Source: an uncultured Sphingomonadaceae bacterium
Lineage (GTDB): Bacteria > Pseudomonadota > Alphaproteobacteria > Sphingomonadales > Sphingomonadaceae
DNA: 47,597 bases
Direction of reading: 5' to 3'
NCBI GenBank assembly: GCA_964235835.1
Contig: CAXSDY010000001.1
Span: 1-47,597, forward strand
This document shows, piece by piece, positions 39,562-47,597 of this stretch (positions are counted from its first letter, which is position 1; each line of letters begins with the position of its first letter). A program made the position numbers and the translations under genes. A model generated the notes under the pieces. The model had not been told where the DNA came from. It worked only from the letters and a program-made list of their open reading frames with translations, and searched no databases.

Positions 39562-41895
39562 CTACTCAACTCGTCGGCGAATGCACCCGGGAAGCAAATG
39601 ATCAATGCGGAACGGGAGCTTAGTGAGCCGGATGCCTGTCGCGTGGAAGATCGCGTTACCGATCGCGGCGCTGCCACCAATCGAGCCGACCTCGCCCATT
39701 CCCTTGATGCCGAGCGGGTGTCCCCGGGTGTCGTCTTCGTCGATGATGATTGCTTCGATCTGATCGACATCTGCATTGGTCGGTACCAGCGCCTCGCCGA
39801 GGCTCCGATTTACGAACATGCCGGTACGTGCGTCCATGATGGTCTCTTCCATCAGTGCTTGCCCAAGACCCCAGACCATGCCGCCCATCAGCTGGCTCCG
39901 CACCAGAAGTGGGTTGATCGCCCGCCCGCCCGCAAACGCGCCCACCAGCCGATCAACCTGGATGTGGCGCGTGTCAGGATCGATCAGGACCCTGGCGAAC
40001 TGCGCGCCAAAGGCTTGCCGACCATATTTGCTATGCCCGAACGTGCGACCGGTGATCGCTTCTTCTTCGATCGGCGCCTCGGCGTGGCGAGCCATGAGCT
40101 CGGCGACGCTCTCGCTTGTGCCCTCCGCGCCCATGATCCGACCTTCCGCAACCTTCAGGTTGCGGCGACGCTGCCCGTGCAAGGGGGAGCTGCGATCGTC
40201 GACCGCGCGCTTGATAAGCGCTTTCTGGACGAGCGCGCCCGCTTCATGAATTGCGGCGCCATTCGTCAGTGTCGACATGGAACCGACGGTCATGCCGCCA
40301 TACGGAAGCCGGGTGTCTCCGTATTCCAGCCGCACGTGATCGAGCGGCAGGCCGATAGCTTCCGCGCCGATCTGGGTTAGCGCGGTGATCATACCCTGAC
40401 CGATTTCGTGCGAGGCGGTCTGGACGATGGCATGCCCGTCTGCGCCGATGATGATTCGCGCGACCGCGGGCATCTGCAACACGGGGTACATCGAAGTGGC
40501 CACGCCATAGCCGACAAGATGGCGGCCTTGACGCATTGAGCCGACCCGGGGGTCGCGATCGAACCAGCCGATGCGGTTCGCCGCAGCTTGGTAGCACTCC
40601 TTGAGCGACTTGCTCGACCACTCATGTCCAGTATCGGGCTCGACATCCGCATGGTTGAGCAGGCGGAAGTCGAGCGGATCAATCTCCAGCTTGTCGGCGA
40701 GGACGTCCATTGCCGTTTCGCTCGCGAAGCGCCCGAGGCAGGCGCCTGGGCCACGCATCCAGCCGGGCGCGTTCGTATCAAGCCGCGCCGTTTGCTGATG
40801 AACCAGCATGTTGGGGCAGGCATAGGCTTTGGCAACGGACTCGCCCGCTGCCTCAACATATTGCCCGGCCACGCCCTGCGAAACGATCGAGTCCTGTATC
40901 AGTGCCTGGAGCTTGCCATGCTTGTCCGCGGCCAGTCGCAGGCGCTGGCGACTGCCGCCCCGGAACGGCATCATCGTGAAAACGTCGGCGCGCGCCAGCA
41001 CCAGCTTCACGGCGCGCCCGTTCAGCTTCGCGGCCATGGGCGCAAGCAAGAGATGGACGTTGGCGTTTTTTCCACCGAACGCACCGCCGGCCATGGTTGA
41101 GATCACCCGGACCTTATTATCGAACTGGAAACCGCCGAGGACCTGACCGATGATGCGGGGCAGCCGGTCCCTCAGCCCGAACCCAAACGCCTCGCCCAAG
41201 ATGAGAGCGTCCCCGTAGCTGAACTGCGTCGGCACATGGACGGTGAGCCCGCCGTCCTCGTCCCACGCAGCGACGATCGCACCGGGCTCCATCTGATTGT
41301 GGTGGTGCGGCGAGGTCTCCACAATCAGGTCAACCTTGATCGGGGCACTCTCGTAGGCCTTTTCCGGCTGCCCTACTTTGACTTGCCCGGGATCGCCCGC
41401 GCCGACCTTTTTGACGTCCACCGCCCGGCTCATGCCTTGGTCGAGCGTGTACGCACGGTCGTTATCCGGCGCGGAATACGTGACTGCGACGAGGTGCGCA
41501 GCGGCGCGGGCATGCTCGAGCGTATCCGCAACCAAGAGGGCGATGCATTGGCCGCCATAGTGTATGCGGTCGTCCTGCATCGGCAGCAGTTCGCCGATCT
41601 CCGCGCCGATCGGAGACATCGCCTTCTTCAACCTGGGTGCGTTCTGGTAGCTCATCAGCATCCGGACGCCCGGCTGCGCGAGAGCAGCCACAGCATCGAT
41701 CGAGACGATGCGGCCGCTTGACTGCGTGCTTGTGATCGCCACGGCCACGTCGAGATCCGCGATCTCGGCGGATGACAGATCGCCTGCGTAGCGGACCCGC
41801 CCCGTGACCTTGTCGCGACCTTCGATCCGCCGCGGAGCCCTCGCGAGCGCGTCCGTGGAGAGGATGCCGGTCTCGGGTTCGATCGTGCTGGCCAT
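39562..41895 (-). CDS. Xanthine dehydrogenase family molybdopterin-binding subunit (PaoC/YagR-like)
   Basis: KVTGRVRYAGD, HNQMEP, GGAFGGK, MRGPG, EIGQG, KGMGEVG; GAGGA RBS before ATG 41895. Confidence 0.94.
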   Translation of the reverse strand: MASTIEPETGILSTDALARAPRRIEGRDKVTGRVRYAGDLSSAEIADLDVAVAITSTQSSGRIVSIDAVAALAQPGVRMLMSYQNAPRLKKAMSPIGAEIGELLPMQDDRIHYGGQCIALLVADTLEHARAAAHLVAVTYSAPDNDRAYTLDQGMSRAVDVKKVGAGDPGQVKVGQPEKAYESAPIKVDLIVETSPHHHNQMEPGAIVAAWDEDGGLTVHVPTQFSYGDALILGEAFGFGLRDRLPRIIGQVLGGFQFDNKVRVISTMAGGAFGGKNANVHLLLAPMAAKLNGRAVKLVLARADVFTMMPFRGGSRQRLRLAADKHGKLQALIQDSIVSQGVAGQYVEAAGESVAKAYACPNMLVHQQTARLDTNAPGWMRGPGACLGRFASETAMDVLADKLEIDPLDFRLLNHADVEPDTGHEWSSKSLKECYQAAANRIGWFDRDPRVGSMRQGRHLVGYGVATSMYPVLQMPAVARIIIGADGHAIVQTASHEIGQGMITALTQIGAEAIGLPLDHVRLEYGDTRLPYGGMTVGSMSTLTNGAAIHEAGALVQKALIKRAVDDRSSPLHGQRRRNLKVAEGRIMGAEGTSESVAELMARHAEAPIEEEAITGRTFGHSKYGRQAFGAQFARVLIDPDTRHIQVDRLVGAFAGGRAINPLLVRSQLMGGMVWGLGQALMEETIMDARTGMFVNRSLGEALVPTNADVDQIEAIIIDEDDTRGHPLGIKGMGEVGSIGGSAAIGNAIFHATGIRLTKLPFRIDHLLPGCIRRRVE

Positions 41896-41906
41896 GGCGG
41901 TTTTCC

Positions 41907-42920
41907 TCACGCGATGCGCTTGTCGGATTGCGACTGCGGCGTGCCGGCCGCGGCTTGCATGCAGGCGCGAACGATCGCACGCCGAGCGAGGTCAATCTTG
42001 AAGTCATTGTCACCGCGCCCGACGGCGCCCGCAAGCAGCGCCTCCGCGACGTCGTCGTAGCGGCTGCTTCGCACACTCCGCCCAATCATCAGTGCATCGG
42101 CCTCTGTTCGGCGCCATGGTTTGTGTGCCACGCCGCCAAGCGAAACCCGCGCGTCTGAGATTTGGTCGCCGTCGAGTTGCATCGCTACGGCTACGGAAAC
42201 GAGCGCAAACGCGTAAGACTGACGGTCCCGCAGCTTGAGGTAGGTATAGTGCTCGTTGAATCGTTCAGCGGGCAGGTCGATTGCAGTGACGAGTTCGCCG
42301 TCGGCGAGGTGGTTATCACGCCACGGCTCATTGCCAGGCAACCGGTGATACCCGGCGATTGGGATCACCCGGTCACCAGCTGGACCGGTAACGTGCACCT
42401 CGGCGTCAAGGGCGAGAAGCGCAACGCTCATGTCGGACGGCTGGGTCGCAATGCAATGCGGACTTCCGCCCAGGATCGCGTGAGCCCGCGTAAACCCGCC
42501 GATGGCGTCGCAGCCGGAGCCTGGCACGCGCTTGTTGCAGGCGGCCGACGTGTCGTAGAAATAATAACAGCGGGTCCGCTGGTTGAGGTTGCCACCGTTG
42601 GTGGCCGCGTTGCGCAGCTGCGCGCTTGCTCCCGCCAGGATCGCGCTCGATAACAAAGGATAGTCCGATGCTATCCGCGGGTGGTAAGCCGTTGCGGCGT
42701 TCGTGGCGAGCACGCCGAGGCGCAGGCCGCCGTCCTCGCGCGCCGTGATGTGGTGGAACGGCAGCGAGTTCACGTCGACCAGCTTGTCCGGTTGCTCCAC
42801 GTGGTCCTTCATTAGGTCGACAAGGTTAGTGCCGCCGGCGATAAAGTAAGCAGCCTTGCCGGTGCCTTCGCGCACAGCGGCGGCGATGTCGTCGGCGCGG
42901 ACGTAGTCGAACGGCCTCAT
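41907..42920 (-). CDS. Xanthine dehydrogenase family FAD-binding subunit (PaoB/YagS-like)
   Basis: IAGGTNLVDLMK, GASAQLRNAATNGGNL.QRTRCYYF, CNKRVPGSGC, GGVAHKPWR. Confidence 0.95.
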   Translation of the reverse strand: MRPFDYVRADDIAAAVREGTGKAAYFIAGGTNLVDLMKDHVEQPDKLVDVNSLPFHHITAREDGGLRLGVLATNAATAYHPRIASDYPLLSSAILAGASAQLRNAATNGGNLNQRTRCYYFYDTSAACNKRVPGSGCDAIGGFTRAHAILGGSPHCIATQPSDMSVALLALDAEVHVTGPAGDRVIPIAGYHRLPGNEPWRDNHLADGELVTAIDLPAERFNEHYTYLKLRDRQSYAFALVSVAVAMQLDGDQISDARVSLGGVAHKPWRRTEADALMIGRSVRSSRYDDVAEALLAGAVGRGDNDFKIDLARRAIVRACMQAAAGTPQSQSDKRIA

Positions 42921-43396
42921 GCCCTCGCCTCCGACGCCATAACTTCCATGATCGCATCAGTGATGTTCGAGTAAGCTCCACACCGGCAGAGATTGCCGCT
43001 CATTGCTTCCCGAACCTCGTCCCTGGATCGCGCACGCTTTTCGTCAATCAGCCCCTTGGCCGAACAAATCTGGCCCGGTGTGCAGTATCCGCACTGAAAT
43101 GCGTCATGCTGGAGGAACGCTGCCTGAAGGGGATGGAGTGTCTCACCATCGGCAAGCCCCTCGATCGTTACGACCACCGCACCTGGTCGGGTGACCGCCA
43201 GTGCGAGACAGCTGTTAATACGCTGGCCGTTCACGAGTACGGTGCAGGCGCCGCACTGGCCGTGATCGCAACCCTTCTTAGTCCCCGTCAGGTCGAGCCT
43301 CTCTCGCAACAGGTCGAGCAGCGTCGTCCATGGATTAACGTGCAGTTGTCGCAATTCACCATTGATGGTGATCGCGAGTTGTACCGCATCGCTCAT
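42917..43396 (-). CDS. [2Fe-2S] subunit (PaoA/YagT-like), no Tat leader
   Basis: GTKKGCDHGQCGACTV, QCGYCTPGQ, GNLCRC; GGAGG RBS before ATG 43396. Confidence 0.95.
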   Translation of the reverse strand: MSDAVQLAITINGELRQLHVNPWTTLLDLLRERLDLTGTKKGCDHGQCGACTVLVNGQRINSCLALAVTRPGAVVVTIEGLADGETLHPLQAAFLQHDAFQCGYCTPGQICSAKGLIDEKRARSRDEVREAMSGNLCRCGAYSNITDAIMEVMASEARA

Positions 43397-43599
43397 GCCA
43401 GCCTCCTGACCCCAGGCGATCACGTCTAATCAGCTGACCCCTGCCTGTCTGTCGTTTTATTGCTCGGTTAGAAAGATTCACCGTCGGGAGGTTCCCGGAG
43501 GGGACCGAGCATTGATGGACCCTCGCGACGACAAGGTGACGCTCAGAAGCACCCAGTGCTCGTCCGACCCACCGGTCCGGAATGAACCACGTCCACCAC

Positions 43600-43953
43600 G
43601 AGATGTAGATGGTGAACGCCAGCGCACATGATTCAGGTGACGCGCGAAGGAACGCCGGCCGACATTCCATGGCTGATCGGAGAGTGTGACGTGCGGTTGA
43701 CCAACGTGGATCCGACGGCGTGTCGCTCGGCGGGCCTCGGCGGCGACTGCCCAACCTCCATCCATCGCGTGCAGCGGCAGCGCGCGGCATACCGGTCACT
43801 TTAGGAACTAAGGTAGCGGACCACGTTTCGTGCCGCGCCGGTGGCGCGTGCGGAAGGCGCTGGACCAGGGCACCGGCGGTCAGGAACGGGCTCAGCGCGG
43901 AACAAGACACCGCCGTCGAGCAGCATGCGTCTGGCCTCGTCCAGCGAGATCAT
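43600..43953 (-). pseudogene. moeA: Degenerate 5' fragment of molybdopterin molybdotransferase
   Basis: ATGA-coupled to moaC; begins [12 protein letters not shown]...AEPVP and stops at 43801; AMDGGWAVAA (~43765) in another frame resembles MoeA SAMDGYAV. Confidence 0.6.
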
Positions 43954-44417
43954 CTCCGACGCCACTCGCCCGACCGCCCGCCCGACTTAGCAAGCAGTTC
44001 GATCGGGCCGATGGAGATTTCCCGCTCGGCCGCCTTGAGCATGTCGTAGATCACCAGACACGCGACGGACACCGCCGTCATCGCCTCCATCTCGACACCT
44101 GTCGGTCCGGCGGTGCGCGCCGTCGCTTCGACGCTCAGGCCGGCTTCAGCGACGACCACCCGCACCTCGACCGCGTGCAGCGCCAGCGGGTGGCACAGGG
44201 GGATGAGCTCGCCGGTGCGCTTGGCGCCCATGATCCCGGCCAGCTCGGCGATGCCGATCACGTCGCCCTTGCCCGCTCGGCCCTGTTCGACGAGCGTCAG
44301 CGTCGCCGACGAAAGACGCACGAAGCCCCGCGCGCTCGCCGCCCGCTCGGTTTTCGCCTTGCCCGACACGTCGACCATGTGCGGCCGACCATCGCCGTCA
44401 AAATGCGTCAGGCTCAT
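43950..44417 (-). CDS. moaC: Cyclic pyranopterin monophosphate synthase MoaC
   Basis: LTHFD...[28 protein letters not shown]. Confidence 0.97.
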   Translation of the reverse strand: MSLTHFDGDGRPHMVDVSGKAKTERAASARGFVRLSSATLTLVEQGRAGKGDVIGIAELAGIMGAKRTGELIPLCHPLALHAVEVRVVVAEAGLSVEATARTAGPTGVEMEAMTAVSVACLVIYDMLKAAEREISIGPIELLAKSGGRSGEWRRR

Positions 44418-44941
44418 CGCTCAAGCAGCCGCGGCATCAACTCGACGAAGTTGCACGGCCGGTTCCGGGCGTCGAGCTGCGGCGCGAGCACCTTGTCCCA
44501 CCCGTCGCGCACTGCGCCGTTTGAGCCGGGGAGGCAGAACAGGAAAGTGCCCTTGGCAAGGCCCCCACATGCCCGCGACTGCAGCGTCGACAAGCCGACG
44601 CTGGCAAAGCTGACCTGGTGGAAGATCACCGCGAAACCCTCGATTTGCTTCTCGAACAGCGGCATGACCGCCTCCGGCGTCACGTCACGGCCGGTGAGGC
44701 CGGTCCCGCCGCTGCTGAGGACGACGTCAACGTCAGGATCATCGACCCAGCCCGACACGATCTCTCGGATGGCAGGGATGTCGTCCCGGACGATCCGCCG
44801 GTCGGCGAGCCGGTGCCCGGCGCTGAGGATCCGCTCCGCCAAGATCGCGCCCGACGTGTCCGTCTCCAGCGTCCGGCTGTCGGACACGCTGAGGACGGCG
44901 ATGCGGACAGGGATGAAGGCTCGGCTCTCGTCAATCGGCAT
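44414..44941 (-). CDS. moaB: Molybdenum cofactor biosynthesis protein B (MoaB/MogA)
   Basis: VSDSR...[34 protein letters not shown]. Confidence 0.95.
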   Translation of the reverse strand: MPIDESRAFIPVRIAVLSVSDSRTLETDTSGAILAERILSAGHRLADRRIVRDDIPAIREIVSGWVDDPDVDVVLSSGGTGLTGRDVTPEAVMPLFEKQIEGFAVIFHQVSFASVGLSTLQSRACGGLAKGTFLFCLPGSNGAVRDGWDKVLAPQLDARNRPCNFVELMPRLLER

Positions 44942-45377
44942 GGTTCGGCTCCCACCGCTGTCGGTCGGCGCGGTCGCGCGCCCGAGGCTCGATCCAGCGC
45001 GCGTCGCCGGGACCCTCCTCACGCTTCCAGAACGGCGCCTCGACCTTCAATCGATCCATCAGATAGTCGACGGCATCGAACGCAGCGCGGCGGTGCGCGG
45101 CGGCGGCAGCGACCAGCACGATCGGCTCACCGCGGAGCATTCGCCCAAAACGGTGGACCACGAGCACGTCAACTAGATCAAACCGGGCGCGCGCATCGGC
45201 GACGATCCGTTCTACGACCTTGCGGGTGAAGCTTGGGTGGTGCTCGAGTTCGAGCGCGGTGGCAGGTCCGCGCACCGCACCGATGAAGCTGGCGATCGCC
45301 CCCGCCTCCCCGCCGCGCTCGGCGAACCCACCGAGGCGAGCGGCGGCGTCGAACGGCTCGCCGGTAAGCTCAATCAT
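44931..45377 (-). CDS. moaE: Molybdopterin synthase catalytic subunit
   Basis: GAIASFIGAVR, LELEH, HRFG, HRRAAF, LKVEAPFWKRE. Confidence 0.95.
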   Translation of the reverse strand: MIELTGEPFDAAARLGGFAERGGEAGAIASFIGAVRGPATALELEHHPSFTRKVVERIVADARARFDLVDVLVVHRFGRMLRGEPIVLVAAAAAHRRAAFDAVDYLMDRLKVEAPFWKREEGPGDARWIEPRARDRADRQRWEPNHAD

Positions 45378-45622
45378 CCGCCACTCACCGGCGGGATGAA
45401 CAGCAACTCGGCGGCGCCTTCGATGCTCCACTCGTCTCCGACGACCACGTCGTCGACGACCGTGCGCACCGTCGGGCTTGAAAGCGCCGCGGCGAGTTCG
45501 GGGCGGCTGCGCGCGATCCAGCCGCGCACGTCGCCGACCGTGACGACCTCGCCGGGCAGGTCGACCTCGCCCCCGCGTGACCCGGCTGCCTCCGCCAGAC
45601 GTCCGAAATAGAGCAGCTTCAT
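45374..45622 (-). CDS. moaD: Molybdopterin synthase sulfur carrier subunit
   Basis: KLLYFG...FIPPVSGG with C-terminal diglycine. Confidence 0.95.
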   Translation of the reverse strand: MKLLYFGRLAEAAGSRGGEVDLPGEVVTVGDVRGWIARSRPELAAALSSPTVRTVVDDVVVGDEWSIEGAAELLFIPPVSGG

Positions 45623-46605
45623 CCGCCGGTGCGCGACATATGCCTCGCGACGGCCGGGGTAGCGCCCCGTCGCTCGATAGCGAAGCTGTGGCGCTCGGGC
45701 TTGCGCTCGATCGCGGCACGAATCGCGGCGTCGAGCAGCCCCTCGTCGCCAGTCGCGCGCAGCGGCGCCCGCAGGTCGGCGTCGGCGTCCTGGCCGAGGC
45801 ACAGGAACAGCTGGCCGGTCGCCGTCAGGCGGACGCGGTTGCACCCGCCGCAGAAATTATGGGTCAGCGGCGTGATGAAGCCGATCACCCCGCCCTCCGC
45901 TGTGCGGACGTAGCGCGCCGGGCCGCCCGTCGAGCGGACGAGATCGGTCAGTGGCCAGTGCTCGGCCAGCCGCTCGCGGACCTCGCTCAGCGGGACATAT
46001 TGGTCGACGCGGTCCTGCTCGACATCGCCCATCGGCATGACTTCGATAACCGTCGCCTCCGCCCCGCGAGCGTGCGCCCAGGCGATCAGGGTCGGCAGAT
46101 GGTCGAGATTGTCGTGTCGCAGCGCCACCGCATTAAGTTTGATCGCGATCCCCGCGGCCAGCGCCGCGTCGATCCCAGCAATGACCTTCGCGAGATCGCC
46201 GCCACGCGTGATCCGGGCGTAGGCGGCGGAATCGAGGTGATCGAGCGAAACGTTGATGCGGCGGACACCGAGCGCGGCGAGCGGCGCGGCGAACTCGGCG
46301 AGGCGGGTGCCGTTGGTGGTCAGCGTCAGCTCATCGAGCGCGCCGGACTGAAGGTGGCGCGAAAGGCGCCCGACGAGGTCGAGAATGTTGCGGCGAACCA
46401 GTGGCTCGCCCCCGGTCAGCCGCAGCTTGCGCACGCCGAGGCGGACGAAAGCCGAGGCGATCCGGTCGAGCTCGGCGATGGTCAGCAGCTCGGCGCGCGG
46501 CAGGAAGCGCATCCGCTCGGGCATGCAATAGGTGCAGCGAAGGTCGCAGCGATCAGTCACCGACAGGCGCAGGTAGGTGATGGAACGGCCGAATGGATCG
46601 ATCAT
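45619..46605 (-). CDS. moaA: GTP 3',8-cyclase MoaA (radical SAM)
   Basis: [32 protein letters not shown]...CL, C-terminal GG. Confidence 0.98.
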   Translation of the reverse strand: MIDPFGRSITYLRLSVTDRCDLRCTYCMPERMRFLPRAELLTIAELDRIASAFVRLGVRKLRLTGGEPLVRRNILDLVGRLSRHLQSGALDELTLTTNGTRLAEFAAPLAALGVRRINVSLDHLDSAAYARITRGGDLAKVIAGIDAALAAGIAIKLNAVALRHDNLDHLPTLIAWAHARGAEATVIEVMPMGDVEQDRVDQYVPLSEVRERLAEHWPLTDLVRSTGGPARYVRTAEGGVIGFITPLTHNFCGGCNRVRLTATGQLFLCLGQDADADLRAPLRATGDEGLLDAAIRAAIERKPERHSFAIERRGATPAVARHMSRTGG

Positions 46606-46678
46606 CGCTCACCCATATCACGCGTCCGCAACGCGTGATACATGCTCGCTTGCCGGTCCGCTCCCGAAACAAGCAGGT

Positions 46679-47263
46679 TTACCGCGAGCGTGCGCGCGCG
46701 AAGTCCGCCGGCACGTCCAAGTCGGCCAGCATCATTCCGCCCGCCGGCACGCGAACGCCCGACGCCAGCACCTCCCTGATTGGCCGGCCCGGATGGTCGA
46801 GGATGGCCCGCGCGATCCGCGTCGGGATGACCACGGGCGGCGATTGCCAGGCGCCGCTCCAACTGATCGCCGCGCGATCGGCGTCGGCCGCGGCCGCCAG
46901 CGCCTCGAGGTGGGCAATGGTGACGTTGGGCATGTCGCCCAGCGCGAGCACGACCCCCTCCACCCGAGCAGCGAGCGCTGCGGCGAGGCCGAGGCGCATC
47001 GAACGCTCCTGCCCCTTGCGCGGATCGTCGTTGCCAACCAGCGTGAATCCGTGTTCGCGCAGGAGCTGAGCCAAAGGCGCGCTGTCCTCTGAAGAACCAA
47101 TCACGGCCCAATGGCTCGCCAGAGGCGTCGCCGCAAAGGTTGCCGACGCGTGCGCGACGAGCGGTTTGCCAGCCACAGCGGCCATGAGCTTGTTGCCCGG
47201 TCCGAACCGTCGCGACAGTCCCGCGCACAGCAGCACGCCGCCGAGGCGCGAAAGGGCGATCAA
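46679..47263 (-). CDS. Molybdenum cofactor nucleotidyltransferase (MocA-like)
   Basis: LCAGLSRRFG..NKL, LGDMP, DLDVPAD; next to xdhC and an XDH-family enzyme. Confidence 0.85.
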   Translation of the reverse strand: MIALSRLGGVLLCAGLSRRFGPGNKLMAAVAGKPLVAHASATFAATPLASHWAVIGSSEDSAPLAQLLREHGFTLVGNDDPRKGQERSMRLGLAAALAARVEGVVLALGDMPNVTIAHLEALAAAADADRAAISWSGAWQSPPVVIPTRIARAILDHPGRPIREVLASGVRVPAGGMMLADLDVPADFARARSR

Positions 47264-47595
47264 GCGGCGTAGACCGGGAAGGCACTGACGATGTCGGCTA
47301 GCGCCGAAAGGGCAAGCGTGTTGGGGTCGCGCGCCGCCCGGATCAGGCCGATCGGACCCCCGACGCGGTCGACCAACGCCGCCTCGATCCCGCGCTCCAG
47401 CAGCACGGCGCGGCGCTGCTCGGCAGTCCGCTTACTGCCCATCGCGCCGATCCAGTAGGCCGGCGAACGCACGGCGAGGTCGAGTAGCGCGGGCTCCCAG
47501 TCGTGATCATGGAACAGGACGGCGATCGCAGTCCACCGGTCGACGGTGAGCGGCGGCGGCGCGGCAAGGCTGTGCAGGAGCGTCGCTGACATGCC
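47260..47595 (-). CDS. xdhC: XdhC/CoxI family Moco chaperone (5' end lies outside the window)
   Basis: VLFHDHDWE, WIGAMGSKRT, GPIGLI, LALSALA. Confidence 0.88.
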   Translation of the reverse strand, partial: GMSATLLHSLAAPPPLTVDRWTAIAVLFHDHDWEPALLDLAVRSPAYWIGAMGSKRTAEQRRAVLLERGIEAALVDRVGGPIGLIRAARDPNTLALSALADIVSAFPVYAA

Positions 47596-47597
47596 GT

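Noticed and set aside
43804-43827. GGAAC-N15-CGTT as an EcfG promoter
   Set aside because: Spacer too short, no plus-strand gene downstream, and it lies in the moeA remnant
46606-46678. Moco riboswitch upstream of moaA
   Set aside because: Spacer is only ~70 bp and lacks recognisable Moco RNA motif elements
1-47597. CRISPR array, rRNA or intact IS element
   Set aside because: No regularly spaced repeats, rRNA-like sequence or transposase ORF seen

Overview
High-GC alphaproteobacterial chromosome segment, most likely Sphingomonadaceae (inferred from gene order, protein style and the absence of lpxD/lpxA/lpxB from the bamA-skp-fabZ cluster). Core content: 3' part of alaS, icd, psd-pssA, rpsB-tsf-pyrH-frr-uppS-cdsA-dxr-rseP-bamA-skp-fabZ, a cobalamin-riboswitch-controlled btuB/F/C/D-like operon, rpmE, a glutaryl-CoA-type dehydrogenase, tRNA-Ser(TGA), and mltB-like-dacA-tmk-holB-metG-tatD-MBL hydrolase-aspartic protease. 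There are two accessory zones. (1) A ~5.4 kb integrase-less island (25688-31088) bounded by a 13-bp duplication of the tRNA-Ser 3' end; it carries phage-like and ribbon-helix-helix pseudogene remnants, small membrane proteins and a stand-alone LeuA-type regulatory domain preceded by Leu/Val-rich, rare-codon uORFs. (2) Right of a probable chromosomal dif site (39009-39036), a paoABC-like molybdoenzyme plus a Moco biosynthesis operon whose moeA has decayed. Best novelty candidate: a small membrane-protein gene antisense to the end of pssA, whose sigma70-like promoter is overlapped by a perfect alphaproteobacterial LexA box (possible SOS-induced effector). All family calls come from motif recognition by eye; no database search was run.
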